From NCBI GenBank assembly GCA_963717465.1, contig OY970340.1, forward strand, positions 1,440,001 to 1,504,000: 64,000 bases of DNA, given 5' to 3'. The position numbers were made by a program, and so were the translations under genes. Below are positions 32,994-43,556 of this stretch, in pieces. The number at the start of each line of letters is the position of its first letter. The first letter of the stretch is position 1. The notes under the pieces were generated by a model. That model made no database searches, was not told where the DNA came from, and was given only the letters and a program-made list of their open reading frames with translations. This stretch comes from Candidatus Bathyarchaeota archaeon. Its GTDB lineage: Archaea; Thermoproteota; Bathyarchaeia; Bathyarchaeales; Bathycorpusculaceae.

Positions 32994-33695
32994 ATGTCAA
33001 TTCAAACGAAATTCCAAATTCCGCAAAATGTTGTAGAATATTATAAGATTAGGTATTCAAAGCACAATGTTTGGAATTCTGACGAATACTACAGTCTCAT
33101 CGTTGACTTGTTCGGGGATGTATCGGGTAAAAGATTTCTTGATGTAGGTTTTGGATTTGGTGAAGTTCTAAAGAAAGTTTTGGAACGGGGTGGAGTGTCG
33201 TTTGGAATTGAGATTGCAAAAGGAGCTTATGATTTTGTTAGAAGAGAAATACAGGGAGCTATTGTAGAATTAGCGCCAGCAGAGAAAATACCTTTTGATA
33301 ACTCTTTGTTTGACATAGTGTTATGCAATGGTACACTTGAGCACTTTTTGGATATGAACGCTGGACTTAAAGAAATTAGGCGTGTTCTAAAAAAGGACGG
33401 CTTTTTGGTAACAGTTGTTCCGAACAAAAACTGGATCGGTAACATTTATGGAATGTTTGGTATCGCTTATGCGCATAGAAAACTGAGAAACGTATTACCT
33501 GATCAACTAATTGAAAGAGAATTTAGTTTAAGTCGTTGGTTATCCGTACTTGAACAGAATAACTTCCTGGTTTGCGGGTGGCAACCTTGGAATACGGATA
33601 TTCCTTTACCTCTCATGAAAGGTATTTCGATAAAAGCTACTTACATAAGTTCCGCTTTGTGTAATCATTTTATAATTAAGTCTTGCCCCATTTAA
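32994..33695 (+). CDS. Class I SAM methyltransferase
   Basis: LDVGFGFG, AEKIPF, LEH, RVLKKDG. Confidence 0.9.
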   Translation: MSIQTKFQIPQNVVEYYKIRYSKHNVWNSDEYYSLIVDLFGDVSGKRFLDVGFGFGEVLKKVLERGGVSFGIEIAKGAYDFVRREIQGAIVELAPAEKIPFDNSLFDIVLCNGTLEHFLDMNAGLKEIRRVLKKDGFLVTVVPNKNWIGNIYGMFGIAYAHRKLRNVLPDQLIEREFSLSRWLSVLEQNNFLVCGWQPWNTDIPLPLMKGISIKATYISSALCNHFIIKSCPI

Positions 33696-33760
33696 GTACT
33701 GGTGTTGAGAAAAATGAATTATTCTCTCTTGCATGTATAGCTTTGATCATGAGACGTGAG

Positions 33761-34312
33761 TTATATTTTGATCTTAATTTCACCGTTTATTTGTTTTGGC
33801 ATTGATATGTCCCAAGTTTTTAATAGTAGGCACATTACCGCAATTCGTAGATATATTGACAAAGCCATCATCCATGACGTGATAGGTATGACTGCGAAGC
33901 CTAAGTTCATGTGGAATAGTATTGTGCTTTGTGGAATGAGCCATTTGTTGTAGTAGGCTACCAAGTTGTACGTAGGCTTGATTACGCGTTGGATTGCGCC
34001 GTAGAGTAAGTCATTCATCAGTGAGGTTATGAATCCCAGTCCTATAGTTAATCTCCAATTTCTTATGTCGAATATTGACAGAATGACGAAGGGAAGAAAA
34101 TACATGAAAGCTAGCCAGAGATGATACCCTAGTATATTGCTTCCGAGCGTATTTACATCTATATAGTTAATGAAGATTAAACCGTAGAGAATGGCGAAAA
34201 TTATTAAGAACGGCAGCTTTCCTTCAAGATTTGTTGCGAGCCTTCTATTTTCAGGCCTTGATTCTTTGAGGCTAGTTGCTTTTGCGATCGTCAAACGCAA
34301 CCGCCCAGTCAA
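33761..34312 (-). CDS. Hypothetical membrane protein
   Basis: About four TM segments, GYHLW, SLMND. Confidence 0.65.
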   Translation of the reverse strand: MTGRLRLTIAKATSLKESRPENRRLATNLEGKLPFLIIFAILYGLIFINYIDVNTLGSNILGYHLWLAFMYFLPFVILSIFDIRNWRLTIGLGFITSLMNDLLYGAIQRVIKPTYNLVAYYNKWLIPQSTILFHMNLGFAVIPITSWMMALSIYLRIAVMCLLLKTWDISMPKQINGEIKIKI

Positions 34313-34627
34313 TGGGGTCTAATTAAGTGGCCATATGTCAACTTCTGAGAATCGTAGCCATCGTAAGTTCGCGAAATCACTTTTGTTCCTTCCCCTCTTT
34401 GCAGGTCGAATTATGTAGCTCTCGTAATTTTTAAGGCATTTTACATGACGCCGCTCACTTCTTCAAGTTTACTTACGGTTGGTAATCAAAAATTAAGTTT
34501 GAAGCTCGGAGCATAACTTAGAAAAGTGTGAACATCAAAGTGAGTAGCAGACACTGCAGGCTTTGCTAAAATAATCAACTTTGTACCGTTTTTTGTTTTA
34601 TTGATTTGTGTTCAGTAAATTTTTTTT

Positions 34628-35590
34628 CTAAACTTTGTTGGTTTTGACTGATCTCGCAGTTTGTGTTATTGCTTCTTCGCTGTTGAGTGCTGGTTTCCAC
34701 CCGAAAGCTTTGATTTTGTTGACGTCTAGTAACATTGTTTTGACGTCGCCTTTCCAGCCTCGTCCGCCATCAACGCCTCCTGTTAATTTTAATTTTACGT
34801 TTTCCAACTGCATTTCTTTTACGATTATTTTTGCTATTTTTTTAACGTTAATTTTATCTTCTGATCCCAAATTGTAAATATTAACCTGTTCAGGCAACTC
34901 GTTATCCAAAACTTGGAGAAAGGCAGATATGCAGTCTTTAACGTAAAGATATGACTTGTTTTGCGTGCCATCTCCTAAAATTTCAAGTTCATTTGGGTTA
35001 TTCTGTAATTTTTTAACAAAATCAAAAATTATTCCATGGCCGCTTCGTGGGCCAACTATGTTTGCAAGCCTGAATATTATCGACTTAAATCCATAAGTGC
35101 TAGCGTAAGCGGAAATAAGCGCTTCACAAGCAAGCTTAGTTGCGCCATAAACTGATATCGGCTTTAGTGGCGCATAATCTTCTGGCGTTGGAATCTTGTC
35201 AGGTTCGCCGTAGACAACGGATGATGAGGCAAAAATGAGAGTGAGCTTGCTTTGATTCTTCCTTATGCATTCAAGTAAATTAAAGGTGGTTTGTATGTTT
35301 TGTTGAAAGTGTATTTTTGGGTTAGTTGAGCTGACTCTTACTTCAGGGTTTGCCGCCAAATGAAAAATCACATCGAATTTTCTTTCCTGCTGCAAGTTTT
35401 TATCTAAAAGGTCAAATTTCTTAAATTCAAACTTTGGGTTGCCCATCCATTTTTTAAAGTTATCCATGCTTCCGGAGCTTAGATTGTCAAGAACGCATAC
35501 CTCTTCACCATTTTCCATTAAGGCGTCAACCAAATGACTTCCTATGAAACCTGCTCCACCTGTAACTAAAATTTTTTTTGAATTTGATTT
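34628..35590 (-). CDS. NAD-dependent epimerase/dehydratase (GalE-like extended SDR)
   Basis: In-frame ILVTGGAGFIGSHL lies upstream of the called start at 35533; ASSS, YGATK (YxxxK), GDGTQ. 5' end is approximate because no canonical start is in frame (A8 run nearby). Confidence 0.9.
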   Translation of the reverse strand, partial: KSNSKKILVTGGAGFIGSHLVDALMENGEEVCVLDNLSSGSMDNFKKWMGNPKFEFKKFDLLDKNLQQERKFDVIFHLAANPEVRVSSTNPKIHFQQNIQTTFNLLECIRKNQSKLTLIFASSSVVYGEPDKIPTPEDYAPLKPISVYGATKLACEALISAYASTYGFKSIIFRLANIVGPRSGHGIIFDFVKKLQNNPNELEILGDGTQNKSYLYVKDCISAFLQVLDNELPEQVNIYNLGSEDKINVKKIAKIIVKEMQLENVKLKLTGGVDGGRGWKGDVKTMLLDVNKIKAFGWKPALNSEEAITQTARSVKTNKV

Positions 35591-35785
35591 TGAATGCGTT
35601 TTATGACACCGCGGTTTATAATTTTACTTGCGAGACTATATTTATGTTTGATGCAATTTTCCGCATACTTAACCAAGTTCTTGGTTGTTTACACTAAAAT
35701 GGTATGATAAACATGAAAAATTATGGTAGCAATCAGGCTTGAAATAAACCGGAATTTGCTCATTTATCCTCCCAGAAGGAAAAAG

Positions 35786-36692
35786 TTAGCTAAATCCTCT
35801 ATGTAAGCCGAGCTTTTTTGCACATTTTATAACTTTTAAGTATTCGTTTGAAGTTGGTCTTCTGTTTAACTCTGGATATTCATTTGCTTTGCCGCATGGT
35901 CTGTACTGGTCCATTATGTTGACGTAGCAGTCCAATGAAACCTCTTTTGCAATAAACTCTAGCATTCTTTTGCTTCCCCCAAGGTTATTTGGCAAAACTA
36001 AATGTCTGATTAAAAGCCCTCTTCTTGCAATTCCATCAGAATCAACCTTTAAATCCCCCACTTGGCGGTGCATTTCTGTAACAGCTAGTCTTACATTTTT
36101 CGAAGTAATCTAGGGCGTTAGAATATTTTTTTGCGGGTTCGCTTTCACTGTACTTTATATCTGGCATATAAATGTCAACTATGCCATCAAGCAGTTTTAT
36201 AATCTCCACGTTTTCGTATCCACTGCAGTTCCAAACCAAAGGTAATTTCAAGCCATTCCTTGCAGCAATGGAAACTGCTGAAATAAGTTGCGGTGCAAAA
36301 TGAGTGGGTGTTACAAGGTTGATGTTGTGACAACCCATATTCTGGAGGCTAAGCATCACTTGAGCCACTTTGTTTATTGATGCTTCTTCGCCAAAGCCTA
36401 AGTGGCTGATTTCGTAATTTTGGCAGTAGAGGCATAGCAAATTACAGTTCGTCAAAAAAATTGTACCTGAACCATTTGTGCCTGAAAGCTCTGGTTCTTC
36501 GCCAAAATGTGGACCATAACTTGAAACAACTAATTCTTTGCCTGACCTGCAATATCCTTTTTCTCCGACCAATCTGTTTACTCTGCATTTTCTAGGGCAA
36601 AGCTCACATGAACTTTGTATTCTAAGGAGCTTCTTTATTTTATCGTCTAACTCTTTATTTTCTAGAAGTTTAGAGTAACATGGCTCAAACAC
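35786..36692 (-). CDS. PflX-like radical SAM protein, frameshift near 36085
   Basis: CELCPRKC, GSGTIF, CNLLCLYCQN, IYMPD; the second frame supplies MHRQVG..RHLVLP..QYRP. Confidence 0.85.
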
Positions 36693-36917
36693 TTCAAATC
36701 GCTCTTTTATTGACCTGCACTTTTCATTTGTTAAATAAAGAAAATGCGCGGATATATTGAAATCGTTTTTGCTCCCGCAAAATTTGAGCGTTTTGTAACG
36801 CTGTGAAGTTTTGTGACAAAATAGGTCTGCTTATTTTGGCCTCTTCAAGCTCATTTAATTCATTTTTGTTTTAGCCTGAAATTTTAACTAGTTTAGTGCA
36901 GAAAACATATCAATACG

Positions 36918-38285
36918 TTGCAATTATCATCAATATACAAAATGACCCTATCATTTAGCTTGCCGAAAAGCACTCATGCTTCAGAAAATTGGCTTCAAGA
37001 TATCCTAAAATGCAGCGGAAACATTGCCGCCGTGGAAACTCAAATAACTGCTCATGCTAGGCAAGATAGCCTTTGTGTAATCTGCAAGGGTTCAAGGTTT
37101 CTCTGTGGTAAAACGCGTTGCCCAATAATGGTTAAAGCTAACTATTTCTTAAAGAGCGTGCCATTACTATCAAGCGAAGATATCGCGGGAATGTCTCCTC
37201 CAAGCGTTTTTATTGGAAGAATCGGGTATCCAAATGTTTACGCTGGTCCGCTTGTTCCTCCTGTGCATGAAAACACAAGCCTTTATGATATGCCTGAAAG
37301 ATGGTTTGGGAAGTCGATTGATGAAATTGTAGGTTTTCGCTCATTACTAGTGCGCGGTAAACATCGTGTACATGTTCAAAATCTGTTGTCTTCAGGCAAG
37401 ATTCTTGATCAAACACGTGAATTGGCTCTTGCAGAGAATAGTGTTGACATCGAATTGAACCTTACAAAAAAGCCCAGAGGATCCATTTTTATGGATGATA
37501 ATGTTCAACCTTTTGGTCCTTCAGCGCCAATACGAGATTTACACGTAGCCAATGCACGGTTTGACCAGCACGTGGAGAAAGCGTACTATGATTCTGATTT
37601 GCGGGCTGCTAACGCTGTTCTGGAACTTTACGGTCGCGGAGTAATTGTAAGCAAAATTCAAAAAGCTTTCAGTGTCGGGGCTTTTGGAATTGAGAAGAAG
37701 AGACGTTTAGTGCCGACACGCTGGAGCATAACAGCCGTAGATGACATTATTTCGAAGAGTCTTAGGGAAAAAGTGAAAACTTACCCGGAAATAAACGAGT
37801 ATAGAGTTTATGAATCAATCTATATGGATAATGTTTTTGAAATCTTGATGATCCCCCGACAATGGAGCTATGAATCAATGGAGGCATGGTATCCAGGAAC
37901 CGTTTGGAACCCAAATGGAAAAAACATTGCTATATTTTCAGATTGGGAGGGAAATAATGGACGGACAACTTACGCTGAGATTGGCGGATGCTATTACTCG
38001 GCAAGGCTTGCTACTTGTGAACAGCTTGTTAAAGAACGCCGCCAAGCTACAGTTATTGTGCTGCGGGAAGCAAGACCTGGCTACATTATGCCGATAGGCG
38101 TATGGCAGGTGCGTGAAAACGTGCGGAATGCGATGAGGCAAAAACCCTTTTTGTTCAAGAGTCTTGCCGAATCCTTGCAGTTTATAAGCGGCAGGTTTGA
38201 GATTCCCATTCAAAGGTGGATAATGCAGAGCGAATTGTTGAAGAAAGCTCTATTTCAAAAAAGAATATCGGATTATTGGCAATAA
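36918..38285 (+). CDS. nreA: Archaeal DNA repair protein Nre
   Basis: CVICKG..LCGKTRCP, SPPSVFIG, LVPTRWSITAVD, GGCYY, C-terminal PIP box QKRISDYW. Confidence 0.92.
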   Translation: MQLSSIYKMTLSFSLPKSTHASENWLQDILKCSGNIAAVETQITAHARQDSLCVICKGSRFLCGKTRCPIMVKANYFLKSVPLLSSEDIAGMSPPSVFIGRIGYPNVYAGPLVPPVHENTSLYDMPERWFGKSIDEIVGFRSLLVRGKHRVHVQNLLSSGKILDQTRELALAENSVDIELNLTKKPRGSIFMDDNVQPFGPSAPIRDLHVANARFDQHVEKAYYDSDLRAANAVLELYGRGVIVSKIQKAFSVGAFGIEKKRRLVPTRWSITAVDDIISKSLREKVKTYPEINEYRVYESIYMDNVFEILMIPRQWSYESMEAWYPGTVWNPNGKNIAIFSDWEGNNGRTTYAEIGGCYYSARLATCEQLVKERRQATVIVLREARPGYIMPIGVWQVRENVRNAMRQKPFLFKSLAESLQFISGRFEIPIQRWIMQSELLKKALFQKRISDYWQ

Positions 38286-38530
38286 ATCTTAGGATATCAA
38301 TGTTCTTTAAAACGGGAAGGTACAACCTTTACAGTTACTCTGCCGAAGAAAAAATGGTGATTGTAAATTTATTCCAACTTTTTACTTATTTTTTTGTTTT
38401 CTCTTCTCTTTTTTGCTCTCTAATTATTCGTTCTTTTCCCTGAAAAATCAATTTTAATAGTTATATTATCTATGCTTATAGTTGCAATATGCCTTCTGCA
38501 ATGCCTATTATTGAAAAAGTTGATTGTTGC

Positions 38531-41113
38531 CTATCTTGACTGTTTGGTTTTTCTTGGTGCGTAGATTTGTTCTAGGCGGTAGGCGTATCGTTTGTTGAAC
38601 CATTTTTTGACGACCTCCACTAGGAACAGGTAGGTAGGGATTAGCGTTGCAAGGGCTATGTAGAACGCTGCTGGGGGTGGCGAAAACTTGAACAATACGC
38701 CAAGCGGCGTATATGGTATTATGAATGCGGCTGCTACAACGGCTAAGCTGCTTATCAGTAAGTATTTGCCGGGTTTGCTCTTGTAAAACGGTGTTTTTCT
38801 GGTTCTTAAAATGAAAACTACAAGCGTTTGTGTAGAAAGGGATTCTATGAACCATGCGGTTTGGAAAGTGGGAACTGTCGCTTTAAACACTACTAGCATC
38901 AGGAAGAAAGTTAAAAAGTCAAATATGGAACTTACTGGCCCCATAATTATCATGAATCTTCTTATGTACGAAATATCTAGTTTCTTGGGTTTTTCAATGT
39001 ACTCCTCGTCCACGTTGTCTGTTGGTATTGTTGCTTCAGAAAGATCGTACAAGAGGTTGTTTAATAAAATTTGAGTAGCTGTCATGGGTAGAAAGCTTAG
39101 AAACAGTGATGCTCCGGCTACGCTGAACATTGTGCCAAAGTTTGAGCTGACGCCCATCATGATGTACTTCATTGTATTTCCGAAGGTTTTTCTGCCTTCC
39201 AGAACTCCTTGGTCAAGAACTGTCAAGTCAGGCTGCATAAGTATGAGGTCAGCGGATTCTTTGGCGACGTCAACCGCATTCTCCACTGACAAGCTTACGT
39301 CTGCTGCTTTCAGTGAGGGTGCATCGTTGATTCCATCTCCCATATACCCTACCACGTGTCCGTTAGTTCTTAAGGCGTTGATGACTCTGTTTTTCTGCGA
39401 CGGGTTGACGCGGGCAAAAATGTTGTTGTCCTCAACAACCTGAGCCAAAGCATCGTCTTGGAGCAAAGCAATTTCGTTTCCAGTGATAACTCCTTTTATG
39501 TTAAAGCCCAGTTTCTCACAAGTTGTTTTTGTAACAAGCTCGTTATCGCCAGTGACGACTTTGAGTTCCACGCCGTCTCTAGCCAGCAAACGGATAGATT
39601 CCTTTGCACTTTCTTTAGGCGGATCCAGAAAAGACAGGAATCCAAGAAAAATCATTTCTTTTTCGTCGTCAATTGTGTAATGAGTTTTGTCGTCTTTGGC
39701 TCTCTTGTACGCGACCGCTAAGACTCTGTATCCCTGAGCGCTGAGAGCAGTGTATTTCTGATCAAAGTTGCTTTGGCAAACATTTGTCAAATCAGTTAGG
39801 TTTTCATCAACTTCACAGTAGGCGCAGATTTTTATTATTTCTTCTGGGGCGCCTTTAGAGATTAACAGTCTTTGCCCTTCGTGCTCGACTACTACTGAAA
39901 CGCGTCTTCGGATAAAGTCAAAGGGTATTTCGTCAATTTTACTGATACCCGACGCATCAAACTTCTTATATTGAACCATTGCATCATCCAATGGGCTTTT
40001 TAATCCTGCCTCAAAAATGCTGTTAAAATACGCGTACATCAGCACTTTCGATGCTTCTTTTCCTTCTAGATCCTCGTACCCGCTTAGTGTAAGCTTGTTC
40101 TCAGTAAGCGTGCCAGTTTTATCAGTGCATAAAACGTCCATGTTGCCAAAGTTCTGAATTGAAGCAAGCCGTTTCACAATAACCCCCTTTTTAGACATCG
40201 CCACGGCGCCTCTGGATAAATTAATGGACATTATCATGGGCAAAAGTTCAGGCGTCAAACCTACCGCAAGAGCCACAGAGAAAAGAAGCGAGTCTAAAAT
40301 GCTACGGGAACCAGCATAGAAAAACACGTTTACAAAAAAGACGAAAACTACTAGAAAAAGTGTGACCTCAGTCAATAAAGCTCCGAATCGTCTAAGTCCC
40401 TTCTCAAACTCGGTTTCAGGTGCCTTAGTTACGAGGTCTTTGGCGATTTTTCCGTACTCAGTGGTGCTTCCGGTCTTCACTACGACTGCGGTTCCAGTTC
40501 CGCTGATCACGGAGGTTCCCATGAAAATATAGTTGTTCCAGCCTGTCAGCTCAGACGTAACGGTTGTAAGCGGAGCTGCGTTTTTTTCAACTGGAAATGC
40601 TTCGCCAGTCAATGCTGACTGATTAAGGTTTAAGTCTTTAGTGTTGATTAATCTCGAATCCGCGGGGACAAGGTCTCCTGCTGAAAGATACAGTATGTCG
40701 CCTGGAACTATTTCTGACAGCTTCACTTCTTGTTTTACACCGTTTCTAAGGGTTGTTGCTTTTGTGGATACTCTTTCTTGAAGAGCTTCAGCGGCGTTCT
40801 GAGCTTTAGTTTCTTGATAAACATCAAGAATGATGCTGAGAAGTACAATCACAAAAATTATAATTGCGTCTGGTAGGTCTCCTACAAATCCAGCGATTAA
40901 GCCTGCAATCAGAAGGATAAGTACAAGTGGATTTCTCAGGTGATAAAGGACCTCAATAAGTCCTGTGCGTTTCTGCTTCTTTGCAAGCTCGTTTGGTCCG
41001 TAGGTGTCAAGGCGGCTTTGAACTTCACTTATGGAAAGCCCAGACTTTGACGTATTTAGTTGAGCTAAAACGTCGTCAACAGACTTAACCAAAATCTCTT
41101 GGTTATCCGCCAT
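38531..41113 (-). CDS. mgtA: Mg2+-transporting P-type ATPase (P3B)
   Basis: LTGE, LTPELLP, DKTGTLT, PFDF.RR, GDGINDAP, SSNFG, NNLLYD, FQTAWF. Confidence 0.92.
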   Translation of the reverse strand: MADNQEILVKSVDDVLAQLNTSKSGLSISEVQSRLDTYGPNELAKKQKRTGLIEVLYHLRNPLVLILLIAGLIAGFVGDLPDAIIIFVIVLLSIILDVYQETKAQNAAEALQERVSTKATTLRNGVKQEVKLSEIVPGDILYLSAGDLVPADSRLINTKDLNLNQSALTGEAFPVEKNAAPLTTVTSELTGWNNYIFMGTSVISGTGTAVVVKTGSTTEYGKIAKDLVTKAPETEFEKGLRRFGALLTEVTLFLVVFVFFVNVFFYAGSRSILDSLLFSVALAVGLTPELLPMIMSINLSRGAVAMSKKGVIVKRLASIQNFGNMDVLCTDKTGTLTENKLTLSGYEDLEGKEASKVLMYAYFNSIFEAGLKSPLDDAMVQYKKFDASGISKIDEIPFDFIRRRVSVVVEHEGQRLLISKGAPEEIIKICAYCEVDENLTDLTNVCQSNFDQKYTALSAQGYRVLAVAYKRAKDDKTHYTIDDEKEMIFLGFLSFLDPPKESAKESIRLLARDGVELKVVTGDNELVTKTTCEKLGFNIKGVITGNEIALLQDDALAQVVEDNNIFARVNPSQKNRVINALRTNGHVVGYMGDGINDAPSLKAADVSLSVENAVDVAKESADLILMQPDLTVLDQGVLEGRKTFGNTMKYIMMGVSSNFGTMFSVAGASLFLSFLPMTATQILLNNLLYDLSEATIPTDNVDEEYIEKPKKLDISYIRRFMIIMGPVSSIFDFLTFFLMLVVFKATVPTFQTAWFIESLSTQTLVVFILRTRKTPFYKSKPGKYLLISSLAVVAAAFIIPYTPLGVLFKFSPPPAAFYIALATLIPTYLFLVEVVKKWFNKRYAYRLEQIYAPRKTKQSR

Positions 41114-41395
41114 GAAATCAGCAACCGAAGAATAGTTGTTAAAAGCATAGTTTACAGCTGCGCCTATTAAACAATACCATACCCTAGAGATACATATATT
41201 TCACTTTAAACCCAGAATTCAAAAATTTTAAAAGTGCTAGAGGTGAGATGCTTTGTCTAAGATGACCGATAACTTAACCCTATTAATTTATTAGCTAAGT
41301 AACAATAATGCTTAGAACTCTGACTTTGCGTTACTTAATGTGTTGCTTAACCGAGTATATTAGTCACTTTTTATGTGATATAGCACTTTTTCGAG

Positions 41396-42040
41396 TTAAC
41401 ACTCTGCTAATAAAGCTGAAATTAGTCGTTTCTCCGCTTTTTCCCTATGCCTTACTACTGTTGCACCACGAATGTGTAACTTTTCGGCTATCTCATCAGT
41501 GTTCGTCTTTTTGGGGATATCATAGTAGCCAAGCTTGTAAGCGGTTATCAGGACTTTCTGCTGTTTTTCTGTTAGCAGACTAAGTGGTGAATTAGGCGAG
41601 AACTTGGCATCAGAGATTGAGACTATTTTGTATTGAAAGCCTGACTTGCCCAATAGTTGAAGTAGTTGCTTAATCTGTTGTGGAGTTCCAAGAAAACTTG
41701 CTTTGATTCTTCCGTCTTTTATTTCGAGAGGCAAGGAGAAATAACTTCCAGTTGCGAAGAAATTTGAGGCAAGAGCATTAGGATTGGTTCTTAGGAAGTA
41801 GACCTTTGACTCATTTTTTTCATTTTCAAGAAGCTGAACAATTGCCGATTCGTTGACAAAGCACTTATCAAAAGACAATGAGGCGTTTTTCATTTTTACC
41901 CTGCACACTATTGACCATTCATTTGATTCCTCTCTTAGAATGCTAATTATCTCGAACAATTCCAATTCTCGAATTATAGAATCAGTACCTAAGAATCTAC
42001 CGACTTCGTCAATACCTGATTCAATAGTTACTCTTCGCAT
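41396..42040 (-). CDS. Bacterio-opsin-activator-type HTH (HTH_10) transcriptional regulator
   Basis: LTEKQ..VL.TAYKLGYYDIPK..IAE.L....HREKAE. Confidence 0.85.
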   Translation of the reverse strand: MRRVTIESGIDEVGRFLGTDSIIRELELFEIISILREESNEWSIVCRVKMKNASLSFDKCFVNESAIVQLLENEKNESKVYFLRTNPNALASNFFATGSYFSLPLEIKDGRIKASFLGTPQQIKQLLQLLGKSGFQYKIVSISDAKFSPNSPLSLLTEKQQKVLITAYKLGYYDIPKKTNTDEIAEKLHIRGATVVRHREKAEKRLISALLAEC

Positions 42041-42043
42041 AAT

Positions 42044-42061
42044 AGGCTAGTATAATAGCCT
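42044..42061. promoter_or_regulatory. Inverted repeat in a 58-bp divergent intergenic region
   Basis: AGGCTA-GTATAA-TAGCCT immediately upstream of the HTH_10 start codon. Confidence 0.3.
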
Positions 42062-42098
42062 TAACTTTAATCTGGCGCTTGGAAAATAACAGTTTACT

Positions 42099-42491
42099 AT
42101 GGCAACGCAAAAGAGAAAGCAGTTAAGACCAAAAGGTATCATAATAGCTTCAGTTCTTATGGTCATTTTCGGGATTGCTGAGATTTATGCTGGTTTCAGC
42201 CACAGTTTCTTTGGAATCACGACATCTCAAAGCATCTTGTTTACAGTCTCAGGTACAGCTATTGGTGTTTTTTATTTGGTAGCTGGATTGCTTACTTTGA
42301 CCATGAAGAAATTGGGTGCAATATTAGCAATTGCATTACTTGTTGCAGACATTTTTGGAAGAATTATTCTTGTTATCGCAGGACTCTATCCGATTAATAC
42401 TTATGAAAACACGTTTAGTATAGTTGCTGGAACAGTTATCGCAGGGTTATTTGCCATCTATATCGGATTGAAGTGGAAATCATTTAATTGA
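42099..42491 (+). CDS. Small four-TM membrane protein
   Basis: RPKGIIIA N-terminus, four hydrophobic helices; divergent from the HTH regulator. Confidence 0.75.
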   Translation: MATQKRKQLRPKGIIIASVLMVIFGIAEIYAGFSHSFFGITTSQSILFTVSGTAIGVFYLVAGLLTLTMKKLGAILAIALLVADIFGRIILVIAGLYPINTYENTFSIVAGTVIAGLFAIYIGLKWKSFN

Positions 42492-42713
42492 TTAATTGCG
42501 TAGAAGTTTGAGTTTACCGAATGTGTTCACTTTTTTGTGAGAGTATTATGTTAATGTCTTAGTGTTAAATGGAAAATGATATAGTTTCTTCAGCATTAAC
42601 TACTTGGGAATTAGACTGTATCACTTCTGTCTCAGTCAGTTGTATTTGTGGAATTTTCAAGTCATAGTTCCTTTTACAAAATATGTTGAACGCACGCTTC
42701 TATTTTGTCCTGT

Positions 42714-43166
42714 TCATTTCTTGTTAAGGTAATTGTTTAATGCTTTGAATGATTTCTGCCACATATCTGAATGCTCTTTTTTAATGTTCACGAACAGAGA
42801 ATAAAGAGATATTACTAGGCTATTGGTTCTGGTGTTAAATCGAATTTGCACTTTCGTCTTTCCATTCATTGGCTTAAAGGTGTATTCCGAAGTTCCAATA
42901 ATATCGCCTGCATACTCCACTTTTATTGACTTGGTTTCCACAATCTTTGTGATTTTGCCAGAAAGCTTGGAGGTTACACCTTTTTTATGGATAGCTAAGT
43001 CAAAAATTGCGCCCTCATGATTGAGAGGGACATCCCCCTTTAACTTGAATTCATAACAAGGCATAAACAAATGTGTTATCCCTGCGAATTCGTTCAAAAG
43101 AGCCTTGTAAACAACCATAGGTGGGGCATCAATAACGACTTCATCAGTAACATCAATTTTTGGTAT
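42714..43166 (-). CDS. SRPBCC/START-fold ligand-binding protein
   Basis: In-frame extension PKIDVTDEVVIDAPPMVVYKAL begins at ATA 43166 after GGAGGT; C-terminal helix FKALNNYL. Confidence 0.7.
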   Translation of the reverse strand: MPKIDVTDEVVIDAPPMVVYKALLNEFAGITHLFMPCYEFKLKGDVPLNHEGAIFDLAIHKKGVTSKLSGKITKIVETKSIKVEYAGDIIGTSEYTFKPMNGKTKVQIRFNTRTNSLVISLYSLFVNIKKEHSDMWQKSFKALNNYLNKK

Positions 43167-43556
43167 AATACTTTACCTCCGTAACGCATGTGTTCACGAA
43201 ACTGATTAATTTAATGAAAAGATATCAGATTTATTTCTTGTTAGCGTTAGCACGCGCAAAAAACATTTACGGTGATATAGGGCAAGACCTGAGAAAAGAA
43301 TCAATCAGTAAACAAGATGAATGGTAACTATAGGTTAGGTTTTAACTGTTAATGTGTTGGAGAGCTAGGGGTTTAGCATTTGTTTTTCTACATTAAAACA
43401 AAAAATTAAAAACCAATTGTTGCTTTTTCTTTCAGAAAATTTTGGGAAACAAGGTTTGTCTTTTTTTAATGCTGGAGTTAACATTTGGACTTTTGACATT
43501 TTATAATGATTAAGATAAAAATAGGTGGAGATGAAACGTTCGCTTTGTTATAGTGA

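Noticed and set aside
38508..39721. Short antisense or alternate-frame ORFs within mgtA (and similar ones inside GT, mrr, mtaB and hdrA genes)
   Set aside because: Shadow ORFs of well-supported genes.
41114..41395. Mg2+ riboswitch or leader peptide upstream of mgtA
   Set aside because: AT-rich sequence with no recognisable M-box structure or Pro-rich leader.
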